NCBI GenBank assembly: GCA_039096225.1 | Contig: JBBPEB010000013.1 | Span: 2,046,001 to 2,110,000 of the forward strand | Source of the DNA: Blastocystis sp. Blastoise | Lineage: Eukaryota > Protista > Bigyra: Opalinata | Length of the DNA stretch: 64,000 bases | Reading direction: 5' to 3' | Shown here: piece after piece, positions 28,668 to 42,831 of the stretch | Position numbering within the stretch: the stretch's first letter is position 1 | How the letters are laid out: each line of letters starts with the position of its first letter | Notes under the pieces: model-generated | The model's database searches: none | What the model saw: only the letters and a program-made list of their open reading frames with translations | What the model was told of the DNA's origin: nothing | Translations under genes and position numbers: made by a program

Positions 28668-29064
28668 GTTTAGATGTATATATATTTATAAATAATTAAA
28701 ATATTTATATACCTTTATAATCAGATTCTTTAGTTATGACTAACATTTTTTTAGAATTTGACTTATGTATTGTAGTTGAGCTCTCTATATGATATAATAA
28801 TATAATAATATAATAATATATAAGCATAAATAATAAAAATAAGTATGCATACTTGATTCCATTTCATTTGTCTTTAGCTTTAAACTCTTTAGGTAAGCTA
28901 TAAATGAATGATAAGATTATAAATCATGAATATAAGTATATATATATGTAAATACATGATATGCTACTATTAATTCTTTCAGAAATGACACTAAGTGGGC
29001 TAAAAAAGCTCTTCACTATAGTGCATATGGTAGAAATGAAGTAATTTAAGCAATTGAAAACCAT
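22317..29064 (-). CDS. Multi-exon low-complexity repeat protein, right copy (about 30 exons, about 1,620 aa, apparently complete)
   Basis: ATG at 29064 ([36 protein letters not shown]). Exon 1 29064-28956 (109 nt), exon 2 28897-28853 (45 nt), exon 3 28784-28713 (72 nt), then the mirror of the left-arm exons, ending in the 801-aa ORF stop at 22317. Confidence 0.82.
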
Positions 29065-30938
29065 TTTCACAATTAATAATTAATAGGAACCTATAAAAAA
29101 TAAGTGATTAAGAAAAGAGAAAACAATGAATGGTATTCCATTTCTATTAAATAATCATAAATATTTGACTCTTTTCTCTTAAAAAAACATGATTTGTTAG
29201 AAATTCTAAAAACAAATAGAATTTAACTTTCTAAATCATTCTAGAAGCAAGCCAGAATTTAGAATAATCGCAGTTCTCGTTATTAATGGTAGAATTGTAT
29301 AGAATTTATAGGAGCCACTAAAACAGCGCTTGAAGCGCAAAGTGCGTTCTGAGAGATCGTTTTGCACTTCAACGATTATTTCGTTTTTCTCTTTGATTAT
29401 TAATTTTTTTACTTGGAAATATTTTGGCTTCGTTTGGGATGTCAAGATAAGCTCAAAAATGATGTCTTTGAAAGTATTCCAACGGTTTTTGAAATAATTA
29501 TACTTGATTTTTGTTTTTTTTTAGTGATTCTTTTTTTTTGTTGTTATTTTTGAGAAACTCTACAGTATATTTTTCTAAAAAGTGGCTCTTTTTGCGCTTT
29601 GCTTCTCTATTTCCCGCTTAAAGAAGTCCTGTCTGATAACCACTGGACTCTGAGTATAGAATTCGTTGAGAATTCTTTAGAACTTTGTTTTACCATTCAC
29701 TTCTATATCTAGCATTAAATTTAGTTTAATATGTCTTAATTTGTCTTAATATTTATATATATAAATTGTTATTTTTTAAATAATAAATATAAAAAGGTAT
29801 ATTATAATAATAAGATAAACAAATAAAACTATATAATTATTTATCAGTGTTAAAAATAAATAATTTATAATCAAAATATTTATACAATATAAGAACAACA
29901 AAGAAGAAATATATATATATAGTATTAAGAATATAAATTTATTATTTCATTTTATAATATAGTTTCTTTTGCATATATATAAATCAATATAAAAATATAG
30001 AAGCTATTTTGTATTATAATAAACAACAACAAAACTATTTTTTTTTTTAATATACATACTTTTATATCTATACAACTAAGAATATTAATCTAAATAACAA
30101 AATATATTTCAGAAATATAGAATCTATGTATATTTGCATGAAACTTTAGTTATAACTAAAATTTACATTATAATGTTACTTCTTTCGATGAATTATTTTA
30201 TTATTATATAAACAAATAACTATTTAAGAATACTTATAGATCATAAATACTTTATTTCTATAACTTATTTTGTAAATTACTTATATCAATTCAATTGTTT
30301 TCTATTAATATTTATAAAATTAATAATATATAATCTATTTATTTGAATAATTAAACTAACGGATTTACATTTAATGAATTAAAATAATAGATAAGAATTT
30401 ATTATTTTTATTATCAACAAAATGATCCTAATTAAGAAAATCGATAAAATTTCTCACATTAATTTTAAATAAACATAAATATTTGTAAAAAGTAAAAAAA
30501 AATAAAATTATAAAAACAAAGTTATTATATTTTTATTGAAATAAAATTAATCGATTTGTCTTATATATGTATTTTTTAGATAATAGTGTATTAATAATGA
30601 AAATAAAAGAAATTAAATTACTTTTTAATATAATGGAAATATTTTAATTGTTTCGATCATTTATATTAATTTGTTTTCTTTTAATTTTGTCTTTGTTATT
30701 TGATGATAATGCTGTAAATGGCAAAATATTTAAATAATATAATTGTTTTGAAAAAATAAAATATATAATTATAAGAAATGAGAGAAAAAAAGGTGTCAAT
30801 AACTATTAATATATGTTGTTGTATTCAAAGAGATGATTTACACTAACTATTGGTATAAGATAATAGTTAATAAATCTATTAGACTATTTTACTATAACAA
30901 ATAACAAAAATTTTCTTTTTCTATAGCTAGTATGGGAT

Positions 30939-31197
30939 TAAAGTGCCTGTACAAAATCGGACCTTTATACCAAGATCGGACCTTTCTATTAAAAATATTT
31001 CATGGGAATTTTGATATATATAATGTATATAAACTTTTTAATTAGAAAAATAACTCTTGCAAATAAAAAAAAACATTTCAAAATTTCCGTAATTCAAAAA
31101 TAACTACTATTAATATAAATAAATTCCCACGAAATTTATTTGTTTTACAAGAAGGTCCGATTTTGAGACAAAGGTTCGATTTTGTGCAGGCACTTTA
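30939..31197. mobile_element. MITE with about 45-bp bipartite TIRs flanked by TA (Tc1/mariner/pogo-like, non-autonomous)
   Basis: ta|aagtgcctgtacaaaatcggaccttt..agatcggacctt on the left; aaggtccgattt..aaaggttcgattttgtgcaggcactt|ta on the right. No ORF inside. Confidence 0.82.
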
Positions 31198-31547
31198 TAC
31201 TCTACATTCAAGTCAATTTTCACTTAAAAAAAATATATTTCGGTAAATTTATCGCTTTTTCGTATAATATATCGATATTATTTTTTAATCTAAAGTAATA
31301 TTATATGAACTTTAATTTTATTTTTCATTTTATACTATTTACATATTATGAAAGAATTATATATATATTATTATTAAAATGTTTTCTATAAAGACAACAA
31401 AGAAAGAGATTTTTTATTATAATTAAAAAATAAGAAATTAATAATTTTATTTTCAAACAATAATACAATATTGAATATATATTTATATAACCAAAATTTT
31501 AACTTTAATTTTTTTTTTAATTTTTAATTTTTTTGAAATCTATTTAA

Positions 31548-32039
31548 TTAACTATCATCTTTTAATGAAGGTTTATTTGAATCATTTAATGATGAAAGAA
31601 TTAATGAGAAATATGTTTCAAATTCCATAAATTTCATCTGTAACTTTTTAATAGCTATTGAATAATTTAAATTTTCATTTTGTAATGCAATTATCTTCTT
31701 CTTTTGTCTTTCTCGAAAATTTTTTGAATATTTTTTGTTTAATAACTTTCCTATTTATTTATTTATTTATTTATATTAATAATATCTACTCTTTTGTTTA
31801 GTATCATTATATAAACAATCTGAATTTTTTTCATTTGAACTATAATCATTAAATATATATATATATATATATCATACATTTCTATTTTATTATTATCTAC
31901 TATTATATCAGATTCTATGACTGATTCACTTGATTTCATTTCTAAATCACTTGATTTTTCATTCTTATCTATATAATTATAAATTGTAATACATTATATA
32001 AACATATTCTTTACTTAATGCTTTTATATCTTCTGTCAT
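31548..32039 (-). CDS. Small bZIP-type transcription factor, 4 exons
   Basis: Spliced product MTEDIKAL...DTKQKRKLLNKKYSKNFRERQKKKIIALQNENLNYSIAIKKLQMKFMEF...DDS*. It fits N-x7-R-x9-L, with heptad positions L, Y, L, F, I. Not in the ORF track because of introns. Confidence 0.72.
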
Positions 32040-32506
32040 TTATGATTATAATTAAATATTTATTATATTTTGTATTTTGTATCGATATAATAACATTCTA
32101 TAAAATTTTTATAAATTCAATCATATTCGAAATATGTATTTAACTTTTTCAATTACATTTCATTTTCTATAAATGTTTACAAATATATTGAAAAAATATA
32201 TATAATTTTTCTTATAATTGTCGTGTTATTTTGTAAAATTTATATAATTCACTTTCATTTCGATATTTTGTTTTCGATCTATAATACTTGCTTGTATGCT
32301 AATTACTAATCATAATATTGATAATATATCTATTATTAACTATATGAAGCTATATTAGTCTATTTATTGTAATTGTAATAAGTTTAATTCTTTCTTTTTT
32401 AAGAAATCTTAGAAAGGAAACATTTTAAAAGTTAAATTCATCTTTATAATAACTTAATTTCATTATCTAAAATCATTTTATAAATACAAAGATGAGTTCT
32501 TTTTGG

Positions 32507-32675
32507 TTTATATTTTTTAATTTATATTTTTCGATTTATATTTTTCGATTTATATTTTTCGATTTATATTTTTCGATTTATATTTTTCAATTTATATTTT
32601 TCGATTTATAACCTTGATTGATTTTTTATCTATAACCTTGATTGATTTTTTATCTATATTCTTGATTGATTTTTG
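32507..32675. repeat. Minisatellites: 14-bp tttatatttttcga x about 7, then 24-bp taaccttgattgattttttatcta x about 3
   Basis: Directly visible tandem units. Confidence 0.9.
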
Positions 32676-33384
32676 ATACAAATTTATGAATTAAATTAGT
32701 AATTTAATTATCTTCTCAATTTCTTTTTAATTATTTTTCTTTTATTGCAAACAGAATTATAAAAAATATTTCATCTTTTTTTTATTGTCCTATCAATTAG
32801 ATAATTAAAATCAATATATAATTTATAAAATCTTAAAAAATAAATAATCTGATGTTAGTGAATTACTAATTAAATAAAAATAATATAAAATAATAAATTA
32901 ATGTTTAAAAGATATATATATATATATATATAGCTTCTCAAATATTGAATAAAATAATTATATATTATTTCTAGAGACTAAGTTATTACTTATAATTACT
33001 TTACAATGTTTCATTATTTTTTCGTTTTTAATATTTTTTTATCATTTATTATCTTTTGTATATTTAATAATCTAAATATTAATATATCTAGAATAATTAT
33101 ATTTAAATAAATAATAATTAATTATATTAATAATATATTTATCTATTTACATATAAATATATTTCAATAATAAATATAATTAAAACATTTCATTTTTAAA
33201 AGTTGTTTTATATTGAAATAATTAAAATATATATTATTTTTAATTATTTATAATCAATAATTTAATCATAATAAATACTATATATATATATATATTAAAA
33301 TAATAATTAAAATACAAAAGAAAAATACAAAATATTATATTATTATTTTTAAAAAGAATAATTTTATTTGTTATTATTTCTTTT

Positions 33385-34267
33385 TTATATCATTTGAGCT
33401 GTAACATTAACACCTGAACATCCAAGCCAACTGAAACTTGATGATTGAGATCCAAGACAATCTTTACCATTTGCTAATAAATATATTTCTGTTAATGCTT
33501 TCTTATTTGCTTCATAATATGTACTTATATCAGGATTTAATAATGGATCTGTATGATATATCTTTCCAAAATCTAATACGATTACTTTTTCTTTTAATTG
33601 TGATTTTATATATCTTTTAAATGATGATGAATCACTAGCTACATATACATAACTTAAATTACTCTTTTTCATTTTATTTGAAATCATATGAACTTGATCA
33701 CTCATCTTATTAGCACCTAATCTTACTTGTGAATCTTTAAAATCAGATATACTCTTACCAAATCTTATATGAGCACTTAAATAATTTATATTACTATAAT
33801 TAGGAAACATTTCTTTCATATAATCAGTTACAGCTTTAATTGGTTTCATAAATTCTGTAAATAAGAAATATTCATATCTCCAAGGATGAGTAGGCATTGG
33901 ATAATCATATATATGAGGTCTAAATAAATTTAATTCAGTTAATGTTTCATTAAATACAGGATCTTCATAAATTAAATCAGGAACTATTTCATAACCAGAA
34001 ATCCATAATGATATATTATTATAATTTTTACATATATTTCTTTTTGATATAAAACTTTGATCTTTTTTCATACCACGAAAACTATTCTCATTTAAATAAT
34101 TTCTAGGTTTTCCACCTCTTCGACTACATATACGAAATTCTCTCATATAATCTTCCCAAGGATATATATTTATTTGATGATCAAAAAATTCATATATTTT
34201 AAAATGTGTTACGAATACATTATGTTCAGGAACTATATAAAAAAAATGTTTTTTAATTCATTTATTA

Positions 34268-34324
<57 letters not shown>

Positions 34325-34812
34325 CTATATAATGGTATTTTTTCAACAGTTGAAAGTAAATATAAAAATGTAAATAAATTAATTTGATTTCCAAGTCCTC
34401 CAACAGGAACATACATTATTTTTGATGTTTTACAAATAGATTGGCTTTCTAAAAAATATATAATATATAAATATATTTACTGTAAGAAGTATGATTTGAA
34501 ATATCATTTATTGATGATTTAATATTCATAGATTGATTATATTCTTTTGATTTAATGCTATTATAAAGAAATATAAATATAATATTAAGATAATTTCAAA
34601 TACATTTGTTCATTACTTGACAATATCGATTCATTTTTTATTTCTAATGATTCTTTATTTATTTTATTTGTTATATTATTTGAAATAACCTTATTTTCTG
34701 AATAATGAATATTGTTAACAACAATCAATGATTTCTCTGGTTTGTTAAATATACAAATCAGTAAAATCAAAATGATTAGTAGCAATAAGAATATAAAATT
34801 AGTGATATTCAT
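33385..34812 (-). CDS. Type II membrane fucosyltransferase-superfamily glycosyltransferase (GT11/GT23/GT37-like fold)
   Basis: Exons 34812-34604, 34557-34481, 34448-34326 and 34232-33385 splice in frame. N-terminal TM, GGLGNQ, AHIRFG, VYVASDS and EIYLLA..CLGSQSSSFS motifs. Confidence 0.85.
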
Positions 34813-37800
34813 TCAAATAATTTATATTTATAAATGAATCGTAAAGTTTGATTGAATATAAAAACATTTACGATTATTTAGAAATATTTTCAGCAATTCA
34901 CAATATTTTAGAAGTTATTTCGTATTTCTTTATGAATAACTCAAAAATCATATTTATCTAAATAGCGTGTTTATTCTTTTATAGACTATAAATATAAATA
35001 TAAATATAATATTATATATATTCTTTCATTCTTAAAATGTAAAACAAATTTTTCTTTTTAAGAATGAAAATTTTTAGTATTATGCTCAAATCAATATTTT
35101 CTTTTAAATAATATTTATTAATAATATATTTACATATATGTATATATATATATTATTTATTCATTTAATAATATCAATTCTTTATTCTATTTATTATTCT
35201 CACTATGAACACATATTGATATTTTTATAAATTGTCATCATTGAATACGTTTATATAAAATATGAAGAAAGCAAGTATATTTTAAATTCTTTATTTGTTC
35301 TATTTCAAAAAAATATCGAATACATCTATAAAAAAGTAATTATTAAAAAATAGTTATAACAAAAATTTTTGTAATATACGAAAAAATTCAAGTTAATGTT
35401 ATTTTATTTTTGTTATTATTTTGCTTTGTTCTTCTCGTATGGAGTTAATATTATTTGTTTAATTTGATATATATATATATATATATAAATCTGTTTTATA
35501 CTATTTATTCTATAGTATATAAATAGTTTTAAATATTTTATTTTCGAAAGTAATGAATTGAAAATATTGACTTGTTATCATTTAAAACAATGTAAAATCA
35601 TATATAGAATACACTAGAAACATCTAATTCTAATGTTTTTCTAAAATAATAATTCAAATAAAAAAGTTTTATAACTCATTTTTTCTTTAATAACAACAAA
35701 ATAGATGCTATACTATTTTTCTATACAAAAACAAAAAACAAAAATAAAAAGTAATTATCTGTTTACACTTATACTTTATTTATTTAAATATTTAATAATT
35801 TTATATATAGATATCTTTTTTATTCTTTTTTTTTTTCATTATTCAAATTTATGTTATAAATATAATAAAATTGTTTTATATATTAGAAAATAATTATAAA
35901 AAAATATGTATATAAAATGTTTTATTATTTATTATTATCTTATTCATATTGCATATTTTTATTTAATTTACATTATTTCTATTCAAGTCAAAATAAGTAC
36001 ATAGATCAACATAAAAAAGAAAAAGAAAGCTTCTTTTAAACAAAATTAATGATGACGTGGCAAAGAATTATTTTGGTTTTTAACTTTTATTTGACTTTAT
36101 ATAATCTTATAATATCAAAAATAAGACAATAAAAATATAATAAAATTTAATTAAGAAGAATTATTATCACCAATTTAACATTTCTTTCAAAATATTCAAT
36201 TTATAGATATTGGTATCTATATTGATCCATTCTAACCATTATTAGTTATCAATTCATCGTATTCTTTAAAAAAAACATAAGATATTATACATTCATTCAT
36301 AAATATTCATAATTATTCTTCGATTTGACCTATTAAGTAAAATCATTATCATTTCTATTTGATATGTTGATACTTTTAGAAATTCTTATAATCAAAAAAA
36401 ATAATTCATATGAATAAAGCTGCAATAGAATATCCATTACCTTGAAAAACGTATGAGTATAATATAAATTTGACTTGAAACACCAATATCATACTTCTAT
36501 AAAGATGACAGAAAATTAATGATAATTAAAATCAATCTTTATACGAACAATAAATTAGCGCAAATATTGAATACATCTACATACATTTATTAAATCTTTA
36601 TCCATCAAAATTACATACAATAACAATCATATTATATATTGAATCAATTCATTTTTATATTTTTTTTTTTTTTTTTTTTTTTACTTTATATTTTATAATA
36701 ATCGTAAATATTTATATATATTTTTTCTTCGTTTATCGAAAAATTATTTTCATTGCATTATTATTTTTTTTTCGATTACCTAAGTAAGTTATTCATATAA
36801 ACTTCTAAAACTAAGAAAACGTTGCTATTAGGTCTATATTAGTATATAATAAATCTTCTTTTATTATATAGAGATACAATTTGAGTGGTTGATTTCTGAA
36901 AGGAATAATAATAGAATTATAATTTACATTTATCATCAGTTTGAACATTAGTGTATTGATATTAAATGATTCTTTGCAAATTATGAACCTATTCATGTCA
37001 ACACATCAAATGTTTTACTTATTTATTAAAGTTAAGAATTCTATAATAATATAGGATGACAGTAGAATGTAGTGATGTATCATTTAATGAAAATATTATG
37101 AATAAAAAAACATCATCTTTGATTTGAGATGTCTCTTTTATAATAAGGATACTCATATACTATATATACGTTTACATTGATATACATTATATTAGAAACG
37201 ATTTATTTTTGGTTGTTAATTTATTAATAAACTGTAAAACTTCTTTTATTAAATTTTTTAATGATCAAAGCAAAAAATCAAATTGCTAAATAGGTATATA
37301 CTTTATAATCTTTATAAAAGACTTTCATTTACTAAAAATATTCAAATTATTATTGAGCATTCGCTGTCAGTTGGTCAGCATAATTTATGCTATTTAAGGT
37401 TTTCATTATTGGCAGTATTTTTAAACCAGAAAAGTATCAAAAATAAACCCATGAATACATCGATCATTCCTTGATATTTATCTATTTTTCTGGTCTAAAA
37501 TTTATCATTATTACTGAAAACAATAAATAGGACATTTTAGACTGACCATGGTGAATGGCTTAAAAAATAGTACCAGTATTAGAGAACATTTTTGTTAAGA
37601 GACTTTAATTTTTTTATAAATATTTTGTTTTCCACTTTAAAAATTATCAATTGACTTAGTCAAAAAAAAAAAGAAAAAAAGTCAAAAACATTTATGAATA
37701 TAAGGTGATTAAATAATCTTTAAAAAAGCACTTTTCATTGTTATTTTTAATTCTTTCTTATATTATTTATAAATGGCATTTTAGGTAAACATCATTTCAA

Positions 37801-38625
37801 TAATAATGTTAAAGATAACATTCAATAATGATAATCTAATTTGAATTAAACAAGAAAGTTATTGATTCAAATGAAAATACTTCATTCATTAGAAGAACAT
37901 GATTCAATCAATCTAAAGATAATAATTACAAAACTCATATCAAACTTATCGTGAATTTGGCTCCTATAATATAACTAAATCAATGTTTATTACTATGATA
38001 AGCACATGATTTTATTATAAATTACTATATAGAACCTTTTACACATTTCTTTGTAATTATAAAATTCTTAATTCACTGATTTATTCTTGGATAAATAGTG
38101 ACAGACAAAAATTGAACCTATTCAAATTGGAAAAAGAGTCTCATATAGTAAATTAAGCAACGATTCTAATCAAATGCCAAAACTCTCATCTTGAAGTATC
38201 AGTAACATTTCTAAAGTATTAGACAACAAGCTCAATTTTCTTTAGCTATTTTTATTTTATTTTACATAGATAAACAACAAAAACACGTAATTCTTAACAA
38301 AAAGTTGATTGAGATTTTATGTATCAATTTTTTATTGTAAACACGCAATTATATTGACCTTTATTCTTTAAAACAAAAATTTACATTTCCTGGGCTCAAT
38401 TCTATTGAAACAAAGGTATGTGATAATAAAGTTTGAATTGAATGATAATTCTCATACTATATATCAAATATACATACAAGCAATATAAAAGAGCAAAATA
38501 TATATGCTGATGACAATTCTTAATACATTTATTGCTTTTAATTCACATTTATCCTAAATATTTCAAGAGAGAATTGATAAATTTATCGAAAGAATATGAA
38601 GACAAGTTATACTCATTGTTTAAAG

Positions 38626-38766
38626 TGGAAATATCATTCAGGACGTTGTAATCATAAAAGTTTGACTCAGGACGCTCTAGCCCCTACCAAACACTCGACT
38701 CCAAGCCTAATTTAGTGTCCTGAGTCAATTCTTTATGATTACAGCGTCCTAAGTCAATTAACTCCA
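38626..38766. mobile_element. 140-bp foldback/MITE-like dispersed repeat, copy 2
   Basis: tggaaatatcattcaggacgttgtaatcataaa...tttatgattacagcgtcctaagtcaattaactcca, closely similar to 18831-18970, same orientation. Confidence 0.8.
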
Positions 38767-39254
38767 TTGAATTACATCTTTTCCTGGAAGATTATACAGT
38801 TATAAGGCAATCAGCTTTATACATTATAACACTTAACTTATTATTAGGAAAAAAATTAAAATACATTAATTTTACATAATTTCATTCTTTTTCTTTGTTT
38901 CTATGACACATTATTATCCTTTTATAAATAAAATAGTATATTATTTTGTGTTGAATCAAGTAAAATCCTTAAATTAAATTTCTGAATATATATTGTGTTT
39001 AACAAACCTTTTTCAAACAAATATATGTAAAAAAAACAAATAATAAAAAATAGGATCCTATTTCTATTATAATTTTTTATTCTTAAGACTAACAAATACA
39101 AATAAACATTTTAAGAATATTTAATTTAGGAGTATAAAACATAAAATGAAATAATTATAGAGAATCTATCAAGAATAATATAATATTTACAATAAAAACA
39201 AACTTATAAAGACTAAGTAATAAACATATTCTGATATGTATACAAGAATACATA

Positions 39255-41170
39255 TTATTTTGCATCTAGTATATAACTGTGTAATATTGGTATATTAATA
39301 TAGACATTTCTATTATGAAGCCATGTTTCACAATCTAAGTATATATTATCAGATGGACAAGGAGTAAATGTAATATTATATAATGACATTGTATGTATAC
39401 TATTCATTTCTAAACTTCTTCTAATCCATCGATTTAAATAGTTTTCTTCATAATATAATATAGCAACACTATTTGGCAACATATAAAAGTCATTTATAAA
39501 GCTACCACCATATATAGCTAAGAATATACCGTATTTATACACATTTTTATTTGTATTTCAGGAGATAAACGTTCCATGAAAAGTGAGTTCACTTTAATAT
39601 GGAACTATATATCATATATTATAGAGAAATAATATTTATAGAAAAAGTTGATAGTAGTATTGAATGGATAATAATAATCAAAATAATATATATATACATC
39701 TTCATTTAAAGTATCTTGTACTTGTTGTTGATTCATAAGAACTCGACCACCATTCTGAATTTTTGTTTTGTTTATCTCTTAAGGCGAGTAACAATTGTAA
39801 ACGACATGATTCTTTACATAATTGTAATGGCGTTACTCCAATTGATTTATATATATAAGCTTTTGTAAAGAGTGTTTCGTTTATTGATATATATATATAT
39901 ATCCTTTCTATGCTAAATAAGGATATATCACATACTATAAAAGAATATATATAAATATCGATAATAGTTTTTATTCTCAAAATATAATTGATTTAATACA
40001 AAAATAACATACAGCATGTTCAAAACAAACATATTCACTTATAAAAGCATCATTTACAATTGTTGATCGATAATCAAATTTATGTATAGAGTTCTTTAGA
40101 AATAGGTTCATCAACATATCGAGATATATATTATTCCAATAGAGAGTATCTGTTAAAGGGAGATTAAGTAAATATAAGTTTCCTATTTTAATATTTTATT
40201 GAGAGATAGAAAAAAGAAATAATATTTACAGTTGGATAAGATTCAGAGAATAAAGCAACTCGTAGAAGATATTGATATGATTCTACAAAATGAAATGCAT
40301 TTCGAGGTCTTATTAATAATATGACATAATTATTTTGTATTTTAAAAAAGTAAATCGAAGAAATTCTATATATTTCTTAAAAAAAATATTATTATTATAC
40401 TGAATTGATTGATTTTTTATAGATGTAAGTTGATTATATACAAAAGGTTGTTAAGCTATAGCTATATATATAATGTTATTCTCGATTAAATAAGTTTATC
40501 AATAGAAAAATATAAATAATATTTATCAATATAACAATGCTAAAAGAAAACACAATACAAATATATACAAGCAAATGACTGAATGTGTGGATACTTAGAA
40601 ATATCTGTAAAGAAGACATATTTTTTGATTTTGTTACTATAGTAAATATTCTTAAATTCAATAATTCCATCATATTTACCATGTATCATAGATATAGATA
40701 TATGATTATTATCCCTGAAAAAATAGTTCATAAATCATATGAATATATGCTATTATATATATATATCATACTGTTCAACAATTAAGATTTTATTGAAATA
40801 TTGTTTAACTATAAAATATTTTTTATATACTAAACCTTTTAAATAACATAAAATTTATTTTTTTTTTTGAAACTGATATATTATTTATTAACAAGTCTAC
40901 TTTATTAACCCTAAAGATTTACTAAATATTAACAAAGAATATATATGTACCAGTTTTCTGACATTAAATTAATAAATGGAAATGGAGGAACCGAAACAAA
41001 AAGGTTTGTAGGACAAAGAGTGGAATGAGGATCAATATAATTATCTTATTTAAGAAAATGAATTCAGATATCATCTGCAACATATTTATTACTGTTTGAT
41101 TGCCTTAAACTCAAATCAGAACAAAATATAAAAGTGGATAAAAGTATTTTATTCTTTTGTGAATAAACCT
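39255..41170 (-). pseudogene. Decayed GT61 (DUF563)-like glycosyltransferase; 5' limit approximate
   Basis: Frames PRNAFHFVESYQYLLR, YVCFEHA, and KVNSLFMERLSPEIQIK followed by a frameshift into YKYGIFLAIYGGSFINDFYMLPNSVAIL (resembles the GT61 EQ...HGA...N.lfm motif). A splice acceptor appears lost near 40187. Confidence 0.55.
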
Positions 41171-42831
41171 TATATTATATATATATATATATATAATATT
41201 CTCTTCATAAATAGAAGTATCACTATCGTGAGTAGAAACTATATGCCATTTGAAAAGTGATCCATAAAGTTAAGAACTCACAGATGTGTATTGATAAAGA
41301 ATGGGAAAAGTAAAAAAGGTGCATATGATGATTTGAATTAAAATGAACATTATATTAAAAATTCAAAATAAATATTAAAGGCAATACTTTAAAAATTCTA
41401 TCAACTAAAGTCTAGAACTCTTCTATAAAAACAGTGTTCTTACAATCATTCATAGAATGCTAAGTTAAAATGCTAGTGTTTGTCTAAATGTTTTGTGACA
41501 TATTTATACTCGGTATTCGAGGCTTTAGTGATTAACAATTTTTTTAAAACAAAATTTCGATATATACACAAAAAAGAGGACACATATTTTTTTATATATA
41601 CTTTTTATAAAAACATGTAATTCTTAAATAAAAAATATCAAACAATTTTTTTAGGTAATAAGCAACAAAAAGTTGATGCATAAAAGTATCATTCTTGCCT
41701 ATTTATATAACTCATATAGTCCATACAAAAATATGGTATTAAAATAATCTAAAGTTAATAATTTATAAACAAAAAGTGTCAATTACAATTCATAAAGAAT
41801 AAAAAAGCCAAAGCACTTTTATTTTGTTTTTTTATTGATAGCTGATATTATAATTCATTGTTTATTAGTGAGTAATATAATAAAGTAATATCATTAGTTT
41901 TTGTGATTTATCATCGTTTAAGACTTTTTATAAAAATTAATGTGAAATGTTTCATTTTTCTTTTTATTTTCCTTTTCTATACAATCTTATATTAAGTAGT
42001 TATTGTAATGAAAACTAATATTTAATCGTATTTTGATATGAACCAGTTTTTTAGATTATTGAAATTGAGTATTTTAAAACAATTGTAGAGTAGCTCAGAT
42101 ACAATATGATGAAATGTTTTTAGAACTGTTTGTGAATCGATACCATTTTCTGTCAAGAAATTATGGTAGAATGGTAAAAAAATATAAAATAATGCAAGAA
42201 ATATTTTGGTTTAAAATCGCCGCAAATAGCGAGAAAAACTTTTGGCGTAACTATATTTTCCACCAAAATATATTTTTTCAATAAGAGAAACGTGAAATAT
42301 ACTATCAAACAATATAGTTTATGTGTACAAATGGTTAATTTGCAATTTGTTTATACTTTTTATTATGATTAAATAAGAAAAGTTAAAATAAACGGGCATG
42401 TTATTATATCAACATAAAAAAAAAGATATTTCTAGTATAACATTTGTTAGTATTAATATAGTGTTTTTTAATATGTTAAATCAAGTTTTTTCTATACGAA
42501 AGAGTACTACTGTATACTATAATAGATAGTATATTGTTCAATAATATAGTTTGTTTTATAAATGCATAAAAATACAAAAATCATGTTGAATGAAAAAATA
42601 ATAAAACATTATTTTATAAAAGAAACATTTGTGTATATGAGAAACAAGTATAAGTATAGATAAAGAAATACGTAATAATGGATTTTATATCAAATCATAA
42701 TAAACAGTGAATAAGATAAGAATATGAAAAATTCATGGAAAAAGAAAAAGAAAGAATTTCACACAACGAAAGAATAAATATATAGACATAAAGAAGAGTA
42801 TCAAATTTGTTATAAATAAAAGATAACAGAA

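Noticed and set aside
29236-29445. 69-aa ORF as first exon or separate gene
   Set aside because: TTG start, no recognisable motif; a clean ATG exon exists at 29064.
36800-38300. Possible retroelement or gene relic
   Set aside because: Only short broken frames; no RT, integrase or other motif I can recognise.
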